Assembly (NCBI GenBank): GCA_025358705.1
Contig: JANYII010000229.1
Span: 1 to 52,545 of the forward strand
Direction of reading: 5' to 3'
Source of the DNA: Betaproteobacteria bacterium
GTDB taxonomy: Bacteria > Pseudomonadota > Gammaproteobacteria > Burkholderiales > SG8-39
Length of the DNA: 52,545 bases
Shown: one piece after another, positions 9,063 to 17,361 of the stretch
Numbering within the stretch: position 1 is the stretch's first letter
Layout: each line of letters starts with the position of its first letter
Position numbers and translations under genes: made by a program
The notes under the pieces: generated by a model
Seen by the model: the letters and a program-made list of their open reading frames with translations, nothing else
Database searches by the model: none
What the model was told of the DNA's origin: nothing

Positions 9063-10357
9063 ATACCCCTCCACTACCAGTTTCCTTTGCCGAGGCTTTC
9101 CGCTTCTGGCTGAAGCTGGGCTTCATCAGCTTCGGCGGGCCGACGGGGCAGATCGCGATCATGCACCAGGAGCTGGTGGAGCGCCGGCGCTGGATTTCTG
9201 AGAAGCGCTTCCTGCACGCGCTCAATTTCTGCATGGTGCTGCCGGGCCCGGAGGCGCAGCAGCTTGCCACTTATATCGGCTGGCTCATGCACCGGACCTG
9301 GGGCGGCGTCGTCGCCGGCGGCCTGTTCGTTCTGCCTTCGGTGTTTATCCTGATCGCGCTTTCCTGGATCTACGTCACTTACGGCAACGTGCCGCTGGTA
9401 GCGGGGATCTTCTACGGCATCAAGCCCGCAGTCGTGGCGATCGTCCTCGCGGCTGCCTGGCGCATCGCGCAGCGCGCGTTGAAGCATCCCGCGCTGTGGG
9501 GGGTCTGCGCCGCCGCTTTCGTCGCGATTTTCGCGTTCGACGCGCCCTTTCCCGCGATCGTTCTCGTGGCGGGAATCGTCGGCTACCTCGGTGGCCGTTT
9601 CTATCCGGACATTTTCACCGGCGGCGGTCACGGCGCGGCAAAAACGGGCTTTGGTCCCGCGCTGATCGACGACGACACGCCGACCCCGGTACACGCCCTA
9701 TTTTCATGGGGCCGGATGTGGACCATCGCCGCGATCGGCCTTGTGCTGTGGGCCGCCGCCATGGGCGCCCTGGTGATGGCTGGAGGCTGGGACGCGACGC
9801 TCACGCAGATGGGATGGTTCTTCACCAAGGCGGCGCTGCTCACATTCGGCGGCGCCTACGCGGTGCTGCCCTACGTGTTTCAGGGCGCGGTGGAGCACTA
9901 TGGCTGGCTCACCGCGCCGCAGATGATCGACGGCCTGGCGCTGGGCGAAACCACTCCCGGCCCGCTGATAATGGTCGTGGCATTCGTCGGCTATTTGGGG
10001 GCGGCAACCGCGGGCGCGCTGGTGGCGACCTGGTTCACCTTCCTGCCTTCCTTCGTCTTCATCTTCATGGGCGCGCCCTTCATCGAGACGACCCACGGCA
10101 ACCTCAAGTTCAGCGCGCCGCTCGCCGGCATTACCGCCGCAGTGGTCGGCGTGATCCTCAACCTCGCCCTGTTCTTCGCTTGGCACGTATTCATGCCAGA
10201 GGGACGATTTGATTGGCCGTCTGCACTGATCGGAGCCGCGGCGTTCGTCGCCTTGTTCCGCTACAAGGCCGGCGTCATGCCGGTGATCGGCGCTTGCGCC
10301 CTCGCCGGGCTCGCCGCTAGTGCCCTTCTGGGCGCTCCTGCTACGCTATTGCGCTGA
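9059..10357 (+). CDS. chrA: Chromate ion transporter (CHR family)
   Basis: 432 aa and polytopic. The N-terminus FRFWLKLGFISFGGPTGQIAIMHQELVERRRWISEKRFLHALNFCMVLPGPEAQQLATYIG is the canonical ChrA motif. The internal duplication (second half ...LLTFGGAYAVLPYV...GETTPGP) is typical of long-chain CHR proteins. Confidence 0.9.
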   Translation: MNTPPLPVSFAEAFRFWLKLGFISFGGPTGQIAIMHQELVERRRWISEKRFLHALNFCMVLPGPEAQQLATYIGWLMHRTWGGVVAGGLFVLPSVFILIALSWIYVTYGNVPLVAGIFYGIKPAVVAIVLAAAWRIAQRALKHPALWGVCAAAFVAIFAFDAPFPAIVLVAGIVGYLGGRFYPDIFTGGGHGAAKTGFGPALIDDDTPTPVHALFSWGRMWTIAAIGLVLWAAAMGALVMAGGWDATLTQMGWFFTKAALLTFGGAYAVLPYVFQGAVEHYGWLTAPQMIDGLALGETTPGPLIMVVAFVGYLGAATAGALVATWFTFLPSFVFIFMGAPFIETTHGNLKFSAPLAGITAAVVGVILNLALFFAWHVFMPEGRFDWPSALIGAAAFVALFRYKAGVMPVIGACALAGLAASALLGAPATLLR

Positions 10358-10372
10358 AACCGGAGAACAACT

Positions 10373-10660
10373 ATGGCCGCTTACGTGATTGTCGAAGTGG
10401 AGGTGACCGATCCGCAGCTGTTCGGTGAATATGCCAAGGGCGTACCCGCGACGATCGCCGCCTACGGTGGCAAATACCTCGTACGCGGCGGCAAGACCGA
10501 GACCAAGGAAGGCGGCTGGGAGCCCAAGCGCATGGTGGTCCTGGAATTTCCCTCGATGGACCAGGCGCGCAAGTGGTATCACTCGCCCGAATACAAGCCG
10601 CTCCTCGCCATGCGGCTCAAGGCCGCCAAAGCGAAGCTGATCCTGGTCGAGGGAACCTAG
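10373..10660 (+). CDS. DUF1330 family protein
   Basis: 95 aa: MAAYVIVEVEVTDPQLFGEYAKGVPATIAAYGGKYLVRGGK...VVLEFPSMDQARKWYHSPEY. This is the typical DUF1330 (dimeric alpha/beta barrel) pattern. RBS GGAGAA. Confidence 0.8.
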   Translation: MAAYVIVEVEVTDPQLFGEYAKGVPATIAAYGGKYLVRGGKTETKEGGWEPKRMVVLEFPSMDQARKWYHSPEYKPLLAMRLKAAKAKLILVEGT

Positions 10661-11181
10661 CTGCGCTGAATCACGGCGCAGGCACTTCTTGCGCCGGCAT
10701 TGCCGGTGGGCTGGGTCTTGAAATCGTCCGGCTGCGCGTGAACGATCAGGCCGCGTCCGACGATGCTCGCCGGTCCCGGCGCCACGGTGATGACGTCGAG
10801 ATCCACCGTCAGGCTGGCGTTGCCGCCGCCGTCCGACTTGAGGCTGGTCAGGTCGCCCGCGTGGCGCTCGGGCGTGCCAGCATGCGCGTGGGGCTTGCCG
10901 TACGGATTGAAATGGCCCTTGGCGCTCATGCCGTCGCCCGAACTGCAGTCGCCGGCCTCATGGATGTGAAAACCGTATTCTCCATTCGGTTTCAAGCCGC
11001 TGACACTGGCGGAGACGCGCACCTTGTCGCCGATCTGCACGAAGTTGACGCTGCCGCGCACGGTGCTGCCCTTGGTCGGCTCGAGCGCCGCTCCCGCCCT
11101 GGGTGCGTCGGGAGGAATGCTCTGGCAGGCACCAAGCAGCGCTGCTGCCGCTACGCCGACCGCCGCGTACAAGGTTCTCAT
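10657..11181 (-). CDS. sodC: Cu/Zn superoxide dismutase, lipoprotein form
   Basis: 174 aa. Lipobox LLGAC. Cu/Zn SOD motifs GFHIHEAGDCS, GHFNP, RHAGDL, GRGLIVHAQPDD. RBS GGGAGGA. Its 3' end overlaps the convergent DUF1330 gene by 4 nt. Confidence 0.9.
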   Translation of the reverse strand: MRTLYAAVGVAAAALLGACQSIPPDAPRAGAALEPTKGSTVRGSVNFVQIGDKVRVSASVSGLKPNGEYGFHIHEAGDCSSGDGMSAKGHFNPYGKPHAHAGTPERHAGDLTSLKSDGGGNASLTVDLDVITVAPGPASIVGRGLIVHAQPDDFKTQPTGNAGARSACAVIQRS

Positions 11182-11217
11182 GGTGTCGTCCTCCCAGGGT
11201 GCAGAGCACCCACTGTA

Positions 11218-11493
11218 CTACTTCTTCTTGCCGGACGTGGTCGCAGCGGAAGTCTTGGCCGGCGCTTTGGGTTCGACGATGCCTTTGTTCTTCTTGTAGT
11301 TCGACACGGCTTTGTCCTGCGCCTTGGCGTTGTCCGCGCCTTCCTTCGCCTTCGTCGCGGCCGCCTTCTCCGCCTCGACGGATTTCTCCGCGTCGCTCTT
11401 GGCCGGCGGCTTGGGCAGCGCGGCGTTCACGCCGGCAAGAGAACCGATGCCGAGCCCGGCCGCAACGGCGGCGGCAATCACGAGCCTTTTCAT
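11218..11493 (-). CDS. Small secreted Lys/Ala-rich protein (hypothetical)
   Basis: 91 aa. Signal peptide MKRLVIAAAVAAGLGIGSLAGVNAA, then a low-complexity K/A/E-rich tail ending in GKKK. The ATG overlaps the stop of the FDH gamma gene (ATGA). Third codon positions are G/C-rich. Confidence 0.5.
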   Translation of the reverse strand: MKRLVIAAAVAAGLGIGSLAGVNAALPKPPAKSDAEKSVEAEKAAATKAKEGADNAKAQDKAVSNYKKNKGIVEPKAPAKTSAATTSGKKK

Positions 11494-12512
11494 GATCTCT
11501 TCGCTCCTTTGACGTCGTTGTACCAGAGCTCGTGGTGCTCCTTGGCCCAGGTTTCGTCGGTCACGCCGTCGCGCATGTTGCGGTAGGCGCCCTCCATCCC
11601 GATGGTTCCCATGTAGATATGGCCGAGACCCGCCGAGATCACCAGCACCGCGGCGATGGCGTGCACCACGCTCGCCTGCTGCATGGTGACGCGCAGCTGG
11701 TCAAAATTCGGGAACAGCAGTACCAGCCCCGAGGCGCTGATGATCAGGCACAACACGACCACGCCACCCCAGAACCAGGCCTTCTCGCCGGCGTTGAAGC
11801 GCCCGGAAGGCAGGTGCTCGCCCTTGAACATCTTCCAGCCGTTGACCAGCCAGGCGAGGTCGCCCTTCTCCGGCAGGTTGTCCTTGATGTACATGACGAT
11901 GAACACCAGCAGGCCGGCGATGAACAGCGGCGCGACGAAGTTGTGCAGGTTCTTGGCCAGCGACGTGAGCCAGCCGAACAGCGTGTGCCCGATCACAGGC
12001 AGCAGCACGTACTTGCCGAACAGCATGATCAGGCCCGAGGCGCCCAGCACGCAGAAGCTGATCGCCACGATCCAGTGCGTCCAGCGCTCGGCGAGCGAGA
12101 AGCGCTCGATCATGCGGCCACTGGGCTTGTCGTGCAGCTTGATCGGGCCCTGCCCGAAATAGATCGCGGCGATGATCGCAATGACCGCGACCACCAGCCA
12201 GCCGCCATAGAAGGTGATCGGGCCGTTCCTGTATTTGCGCCAGGCCTCGCCCGCGGTGGTCATGCCGTCCTGACCCGGAAAGCGCGCCTGCGGCTGCACC
12301 AGCACCCCAACCTCGCGGCCGGGAATGCTGGCGTAGTTTGGCTGGCCGGAGCGCACCTCGCGCCACACCTCGGAGTTATTGCCCGGCTGGTTGACGGTGC
12401 GTTGTTGCTGGTCCTTCGCAAGATCTTTCTGCGCAGTGCTCTGCTGTTGCGCGGCAACAGGCAACACGAATATCAGGACCAACCAACCAATCAGGCGGGA
12501 AAGTTTTTGCAT
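11490..12512 (-). CDS. Formate dehydrogenase gamma subunit (cytochrome b, FdnI/FdoI-like) with an N-terminal periplasmic extension
   Basis: 340 aa. A signal/anchor plus ~100-aa extension is followed by four TM helices with conserved His residues (ERWTHW, NLHNF, VVHAIAAV, GHIYMG) and a C-terminus typical of FDH-N/O gamma (WAKEHHELWY). Confidence 0.85.
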   Translation of the reverse strand: MQKLSRLIGWLVLIFVLPVAAQQQSTAQKDLAKDQQQRTVNQPGNNSEVWREVRSGQPNYASIPGREVGVLVQPQARFPGQDGMTTAGEAWRKYRNGPITFYGGWLVVAVIAIIAAIYFGQGPIKLHDKPSGRMIERFSLAERWTHWIVAISFCVLGASGLIMLFGKYVLLPVIGHTLFGWLTSLAKNLHNFVAPLFIAGLLVFIVMYIKDNLPEKGDLAWLVNGWKMFKGEHLPSGRFNAGEKAWFWGGVVVLCLIISASGLVLLFPNFDQLRVTMQQASVVHAIAAVLVISAGLGHIYMGTIGMEGAYRNMRDGVTDETWAKEHHELWYNDVKGAKRS

Positions 12513-12516
12513 GGCG

Positions 12517-12759
12517 CTATTGGTAGATGCGCCGGTCTTCGTGCTGCGAGAGCTGCCGCTTCTTGATCTGCTCTTCCCAGCTCGCGCGATCGCCCTTGCT
12601 CCACTGCGGGCCGTTGGCGAGCGAGTCGTTGTTCCAGGCGGCGGTATCCCGCTTCACCGTCTGGCCGGCCTGCTGTCCGGGCGTGCTCGCCTGCTCGACT
12701 TCCATGCAGCCGGCAAGCGCCAGCGCCGCGCAGATCACCGGCAGGAAGCGCCGCGTCAC
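12517..12759 (-). CDS. Small lipoprotein encoded between the FDH beta and gamma genes (hypothetical)
   Basis: Track ORF 12517..12948 trimmed to GTG 12759, which has GGAGG 6 nt upstream and forms a GTGA overlap with the beta-subunit stop. Product VTRRFLPVICAALALAGCMEVEQAS... has a lipobox (LALAGC). 80 aa. Confidence 0.5.
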   Translation of the reverse strand: MTRRFLPVICAALALAGCMEVEQASTPGQQAGQTVKRDTAAWNNDSLANGPQWSKGDRASWEEQIKKRQLSQHEDRRIYQ

Positions 12760-13412
12760 GATTTTCCTCCGGCAGGAGACGAAGGCGCAACCCCGGGCGC
12801 CGCACCTGCCGCACCCTTCGGCGGCTGGCCATACGCGCTGCCCCAGCCCCAGGCCTCGGCACCCTTGTTGCCGCGGCGCGCGACGCGCTCGCGGTAGATG
12901 TCGGCAATCACGTCGCCGTCGCCGCCCAGCAACGCCTTGGTCGAGCACATCTCGGCGCAGGCCGGCAGCTTGCCCTCGGACAGGCGGTTGCGGCCGTATT
13001 TCTTGAACTCGGCGTCAGAGCGATCGGCCTCGGGGCCGCCGGCGCAGAAGGTGCACTTGTCCATCTTGCCGCGCAGGCCGAACGCGCCCGCCTGCGGAAA
13101 TTGCGGCGCGCCGAACGGGCAGGCATAGAAGCAGTAGCCGCAGCCGATGCACAGGTCCTTGTCGTGGAGCACGACGCCATCCGAGGTCCTGTAGAAGCAG
13201 TCCACCGGGCACACCGCCATGCAGGGCGCGTCCGAGCAGTGCATGCAGGCGACCGAGATCGATTTCTCGGCACCGATCACGCCGTCGTTGATGGTGACGA
13301 CGCGGCGGCGGTTGACGCCCCAAGGCACTTCGTTCTCGTTCTTGCATGCGGTGACACAGCCGTTGCACTCGATGCAGCGCTCGGCGTCGCACAGGAATTT
13401 CATTCTGGCCAT
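12756..13412 (-). CDS. Formate dehydrogenase beta subunit (4x[4Fe-4S] ferredoxin-type)
   Basis: 218 aa with RBS AAGGAGA. Cys clusters CIECNGCVTAC, CMHCSDAPCMAVCP, CIGCGYCFYACP, CTFC...CAEMC. Confidence 0.9.
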   Translation of the reverse strand: MARMKFLCDAERCIECNGCVTACKNENEVPWGVNRRRVVTINDGVIGAEKSISVACMHCSDAPCMAVCPVDCFYRTSDGVVLHDKDLCIGCGYCFYACPFGAPQFPQAGAFGLRGKMDKCTFCAGGPEADRSDAEFKKYGRNRLSEGKLPACAEMCSTKALLGGDGDVIADIYRERVARRGNKGAEAWGWGSAYGQPPKGAAGAAPGVAPSSPAGGKS

Positions 13413-13424
13413 GGCTCTCTCTCC

Positions 13425-16379
13425 TTAAGCCTGGAACTTCGCCACTTGGCAAAGCGTGGTCTTGGTTTCCTGCATCATGGTGACGCGGTCGTAGCCGTAG
13501 GTGGTCGCCGTGTTCACCGCTTCGCCGCGCACAATCGGCGCGGCCCCGTCCGGGTAGTAGGGCAGCATGTCCTGCCCCTGCCACCAGCCCGAGAAGTGGA
13601 ACGGGATGAAGCAGGTGTCGGGCCCGACCCGTTCGGTCACCTGCGCCTTCACCTTCAGCTTCGCGCCCGAAGGCGTGCTCACCCAGACATATTCGCCATT
13701 CCGGATGCCGCGGTCGGCCGCCGACTTCGGGTTGATCTCGACGAAGTTGTCCTGCTGCAGTTCGGCCAGCCAGGGATTGGAGCGCGTTTCCTCGCCCCCG
13801 CCCTCGTATTCCACCAGGCGGCCGCTGGTCAGGACCAGCGGGAATTTCTTGTGCGCTTCGTTCTTGATGGCTTCGGCCTGCTCCGACTTGAACTTGGTCG
13901 GCAGCCGCCAGAGCACCTTGACGTCGTCGTGCTGCGGATACTTCTCGACCATGTCCGGCCGCGGGCTGTAGAGCGGCTCGCGATGCTGCGGGATGCCGTC
14001 GGGGAAATTCCAGACGATCGCGCGCGCCTTGGCATTGCCGAACGGATGGCAGCCATGCTTCAACGCGACGCGCTGGATGCCGCCCGAGAGGTCGTTCGCC
14101 CAGGTCTTTCCCTCGGCTTCCCTCTTCTCGTCCTCGGTGAGGTCATCCCACCAGCCGAGCTTTTTCAGCAGTACGTGATCGAATTGCGGGTGGCCGGTGG
14201 TGATCTCGGCTCCCTTCGGATGCGAGCCGTCTTCCGCCAGCAGGTTGACGCCATCGCGCTCGACTCCGAACAGGGCGCGGAAATTGCCGCCGCCGTCCAT
14301 GACGTGCTTGGACGTGTCATACAGGTTGGGCGAACCCGGGTGCTTGATCGCGGCGGTGCCGTAGCACGGCCACGGCAGTCCGTAGTAGTCGCCGGTCATG
14401 TCGTAGCCCGTTTTCGCGTCCTTGCCGCCCTTGCAGCGCAGCGTCTTGACGTCGAACAGGTGCATGTTGCGCATGTGCGCCTGCAGCCGCTCGGGCGTCT
14501 GGCCGGTGTAGCCGATGGTCCAGGCGCCACGGTTGATCTCGCGCAGCGTGTCTTCCATCGACGGCTCGTCGCCGCCCTTGCCCTTGACCAGACGAATGTT
14601 GGGTTTGCTGCTGTTTTTTATTCCAATTAATTCTTTTTCAAAACCCAACTTCGCAGCCAGCTGGTACATGATCATGTGGTCGGTGCGCGACTCGAACACC
14701 GGGTCGATCACCTTCTCGCGCCACTGGAGCGAGCGGTTAGAGCAGGTCGCCGAACCTTCGGTTTCCAGCTGGGTCGCCACCGGCAGCAGGTAGGCGCCCT
14801 CCTTGCGTACCATCGCGAACATCGCCGCCGAGGCCGACGGATACGGGTCGACTACCACCATCAGGTCGAGTTTCTTCATCGCCTCGACCATCTCCAGGCC
14901 GCGCGACTGGCTGTTGGGCGCATGGCCCCAATAGACGATCGCGCGCAGGTTGGTCGGCTGGTCGATGGTGTCGTCCTTCAGCAGCACGCCGTCGATCCAG
15001 CGCGACACCGTCATGCCCGGCTTGGCCATCAGTGCTTCCGACGCGTACTGCTTCTTCAGCCAGTCGAGGTCCACGTTCCAGACCCGCGACCAGTGCGCCC
15101 ACGAACCGGGCACCGCGACCGGGTAGTAGCCCGGCAGCGTATCCGGGTTCGGGCCGATATCGGTCGCGCCCTGCACGTTGTCGTGGCCGCGGTAGATATT
15201 GCAGCCGCCGCCCGAGCGCCCGACGTTGCCGAGCGCGAGCATCAGGATGTTGGAGGCGCGCACGATGGCGTTGGCGTTGGTGTGCTGCGTCTGGCCCATC
15301 GCCCAGATGATGAAGCCGGGGCGGTTCTCCGCCAGCGTCTTGGCGATGTTGTGGATCTCTTCCTCGCTGCAGCCGGTGGCCTCGGTGACTTTGTCCGGCG
15401 TCCACTTGGCCATCACTTCCTTCTTCACGTCCTCCATGCCATAGACGCGGTCGTGGATGTACTGCTTGTCCTCCCAGCTGTTCTTGAAGACATGGTGCAA
15501 GATGCCGAACAGCAGCGGCACATCGGTGCCGGAGCGGAAGCGCACGTAGATATCGGCTTTCGCCGCGGTGCGCGTATAGCGCGGGTCGGCGACGATCACC
15601 TTGCAGCCGTTCTCCTTGGCGTGCAGCGTGTGCAGCATCGACACCGGATGCGCTTCCGCCGCGTTGGAGCCGAGGAAGAACAACGACTTCGAGTTCTGTT
15701 CGTCGTTGTACGAATTGGTCATCGCGCCGTAGCCCCAGGTCTGGGCGACGCCGGCAACGGTGGTGGAATGGCAGATGCGCGCCTGGTGATCGCAATTGTT
15801 GGTGCCCCAGAGCGACACCCACTTGCGCAGCAGGTAGGACTGTTCGTTGTTGTGCTTCGAGGAACCGACCACGAACAGCGCATCCGGGCCGGATTCCTTG
15901 CGGATCTTCAGCAGCTTGTCGGAAATTTCCGCGTACGCGGTGTCCCAGGTAATCCGTTTCCACTTGCCGCCCTCGAGCTTCATCGGGTACTTCAGGCGAT
16001 GCGAGTCGTGCGTGATGCCGTGCTCGCGGATCGAGGCGCCCTTGGCGCAGTGCGCGCCGAGGTTGATCGGCGAATCGAACACCGGCTCCTGGCGGATCCA
16101 GACGCCGTCCTGCACGTGCGCGTCGATCGCGCAGCCCACCGAGCAATGCGTGCAGATGGTGCGCTTGACTTCGATCTTGCCGCCCGAGTCATCCTTCGCT
16201 TTTGCCTCGCCGATCATGTTGAACGGCAGTTGGGCGGCGGCGACACCCGCGCCGGCGGTGAGGCCGGAGCGCTTGAGGAAGCTGCGTCTATCGATGGTCT
16301 TGGCGAGGACGCCGTTCAGGCCCTGCGCAAGACGAGATTGAGAAGCGACGCTTCCGTTCGCTTTACGGGTAAGCAGCAT
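13425..16379 (-). CDS. Formate dehydrogenase alpha subunit (Mo/W-bisPGD), Tat-exported, Cys-type active site
   Basis: Track ORF 13425..16535 trimmed to ATG 16379 (GGAGG upstream). The upstream extension would overlap the Tat-target gene. Tat motif DRRSFLKRSG. N-terminal [4Fe-4S] motif CTHCSVGC...C. Active-site segment NNCDHQARICHSTTVAG aligns to the FDH-N ...ARVUH... segment with Cys (TGC, 15773..15771) in place of Sec. Confidence 0.92.
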   Translation of the reverse strand: MLLTRKANGSVASQSRLAQGLNGVLAKTIDRRSFLKRSGLTAGAGVAAAQLPFNMIGEAKAKDDSGGKIEVKRTICTHCSVGCAIDAHVQDGVWIRQEPVFDSPINLGAHCAKGASIREHGITHDSHRLKYPMKLEGGKWKRITWDTAYAEISDKLLKIRKESGPDALFVVGSSKHNNEQSYLLRKWVSLWGTNNCDHQARICHSTTVAGVAQTWGYGAMTNSYNDEQNSKSLFFLGSNAAEAHPVSMLHTLHAKENGCKVIVADPRYTRTAAKADIYVRFRSGTDVPLLFGILHHVFKNSWEDKQYIHDRVYGMEDVKKEVMAKWTPDKVTEATGCSEEEIHNIAKTLAENRPGFIIWAMGQTQHTNANAIVRASNILMLALGNVGRSGGGCNIYRGHDNVQGATDIGPNPDTLPGYYPVAVPGSWAHWSRVWNVDLDWLKKQYASEALMAKPGMTVSRWIDGVLLKDDTIDQPTNLRAIVYWGHAPNSQSRGLEMVEAMKKLDLMVVVDPYPSASAAMFAMVRKEGAYLLPVATQLETEGSATCSNRSLQWREKVIDPVFESRTDHMIMYQLAAKLGFEKELIGIKNSSKPNIRLVKGKGGDEPSMEDTLREINRGAWTIGYTGQTPERLQAHMRNMHLFDVKTLRCKGGKDAKTGYDMTGDYYGLPWPCYGTAAIKHPGSPNLYDTSKHVMDGGGNFRALFGVERDGVNLLAEDGSHPKGAEITTGHPQFDHVLLKKLGWWDDLTEDEKREAEGKTWANDLSGGIQRVALKHGCHPFGNAKARAIVWNFPDGIPQHREPLYSPRPDMVEKYPQHDDVKVLWRLPTKFKSEQAEAIKNEAHKKFPLVLTSGRLVEYEGGGEETRSNPWLAELQQDNFVEINPKSAADRGIRNGEYVWVSTPSGAKLKVKAQVTERVGPDTCFIPFHFSGWWQGQDMLPYYPDGAAPIVRGEAVNTATTYGYDRVTMMQETKTTLCQVAKFQA

Positions 16380-16389
16380 GGCGCGCCTC

Positions 16390-16587
16390 CTAAACCTTGG
16401 TGGTGCGGTAGTAGTTCTCGATGTGCGCGCTGACCTTGTAGCCGCTGGTCGCGCGCTTGTCGTCGCTTGCCGTCTGGGCCGGCTCGGAGGCGTTCTTGCC
16501 GACGACAGCCGCGACAGCCGCCGCGCCGCCTGCACCTGCCGTCAAAAGGAAATTCCTGCGGGAAAGGACCGTCTTTTTCGGACTCAT
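16390..16587 (-). CDS. Small twin-arginine signal protein of FDH loci ('formate dehydrogenase region TAT target' type)
   Basis: 65 aa: MSPKKTVLSRRNFLLTAGAGGAAAVAAVVG... Strong RBS AAGGAGG. Stops 10 nt before the alpha-subunit ATG. Confidence 0.7.
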   Translation of the reverse strand: MSPKKTVLSRRNFLLTAGAGGAAAVAAVVGKNASEPAQTASDDKRATSGYKVSAHIENYYRTTKV

Positions 16588-16653
16588 GCCTGCCTCCTTT
16601 TTATGCGTCGCCCTCTTTGCACCAACTCGGGGCTCGCTTATGAAATCATTTGC

Positions 16654-16682
16654 AAGTTACCTGTGTCTTACTCATTGATCAA
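16654..16682 (-). promoter_or_regulatory. Candidate sigma70-type promoter for the FDH structural genes
   Basis: On the minus strand: TTGATC (16682..16677), a 17-nt spacer, then TAACTT (16659..16654). It lies ~65 nt upstream of the ATG at 16587, inside the only AT-rich gap (171 nt, 16588..16758) in the FDH region. Identified by eye only. Confidence 0.3.
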
Positions 16683-16758
16683 GTGCGGAAAACAGCCCAA
16701 CCGAAAATAATTCTTGTCTGTGCGCCGACAGTTGATAGCGGTTCTCAGTGACGGTTTA

Positions 16759-17361
16759 TCAAAGCATCTCGAAAGCTTCGCGCTCGAGTTCGAAAAATGC
16801 GCGCGCAAAGCGCGCCACGAGGCGGTAAAAAACTGCTTTGGGGGAAGCGCTTACCGCATCGCAAAAGGCGATTGCGCCGCGATAAAGAAAGCGTTCGAAA
16901 TACTCTTTCTGCTCTTCGTCCGCGCGATGCTGCACCGCAATAGCAAAGCGCATGGTTTCGCACAGGCCGGCGATGTGGTCTTCGGGCTCATGCACTGTCT
17001 CGCGCCGCGCCATTCCCCAGCGTTTCAGCTGCTGACGCAGCTCAACCAGCGGGTTGTCGGTCGCGTACTTGATCGTGTAATGCGTCAGGTACGGCGTCAC
17101 CTCCGCCCTGCCCGTGCCGACGAAGAGTTCGGTGTGCTCGTTCTCCAGCACCACCGGGAAAGCGGTTTTCGCCGCGGCAACCAGCTCGCGCCAGGCGAGC
17201 GCAACCGGCTCCTGGCTGCCTTCGAAGGCGTTCGCATGCAGCAACTGGGCGAGCACGCCTTCGTCCGGCGCGGCGTAAAACAAACGCGCGATGAGCCCGT
17301 AGATGCCCGCCCGCGCCTCGTCTTCGGGCTCAAGCGCCCGGCCGTTCACGGGTTCAATCAC
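16759..17361 (-). CDS. TorD/DmsD-family redox-enzyme maturation chaperone (likely FDH-specific)
   Basis: Track ORF 16759..17436 trimmed to GTG 17361 (GTGA overlap with the upstream Fe-S gene stop). EDEARAGIYGLIARLFY...ELFVG...PYLTHY...EDHIAGLCETM is the typical TorD-family pattern. Confidence 0.7.
   Translation of the reverse strand: MIEPVNGRALEPEDEARAGIYGLIARLFYAAPDEGVLAQLLHANAFEGSQEPVALAWRELVAAAKTAFPVVLENEHTELFVGTGRAEVTPYLTHYTIKYATDNPLVELRQQLKRWGMARRETVHEPEDHIAGLCETMRFAIAVQHRADEEQKEYFERFLYRGAIAFCDAVSASPKAVFYRLVARFARAFFELEREAFEML

Noticed and set aside
13425-16379. Possible selenocysteine (in-frame TGA) and SECIS element in the FDH alpha gene
   Set aside because: The frame is continuous, and the catalytic position is a TGC Cys codon (15771..15773), so there is no recoding.
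13101-16433. Plus-strand ORFs 13101..14630 (509 aa) and 14676..16433 (585 aa)
   Set aside because: Both are antisense to the FDH alpha and beta genes, which have unmistakable Mo-bisPGD and ferredoxin motifs. The plus-strand products are low-complexity Arg/Ala/Val/Gly-rich.
16380-16535. N-terminal 52-aa extension of the FDH alpha ORF in the track
   Set aside because: The extension (Arg/Ser/Thr/Pro-rich) would overlap the Tat-target gene. An ATG with GGAGG at 16379 precedes a normal Tat signal peptide.
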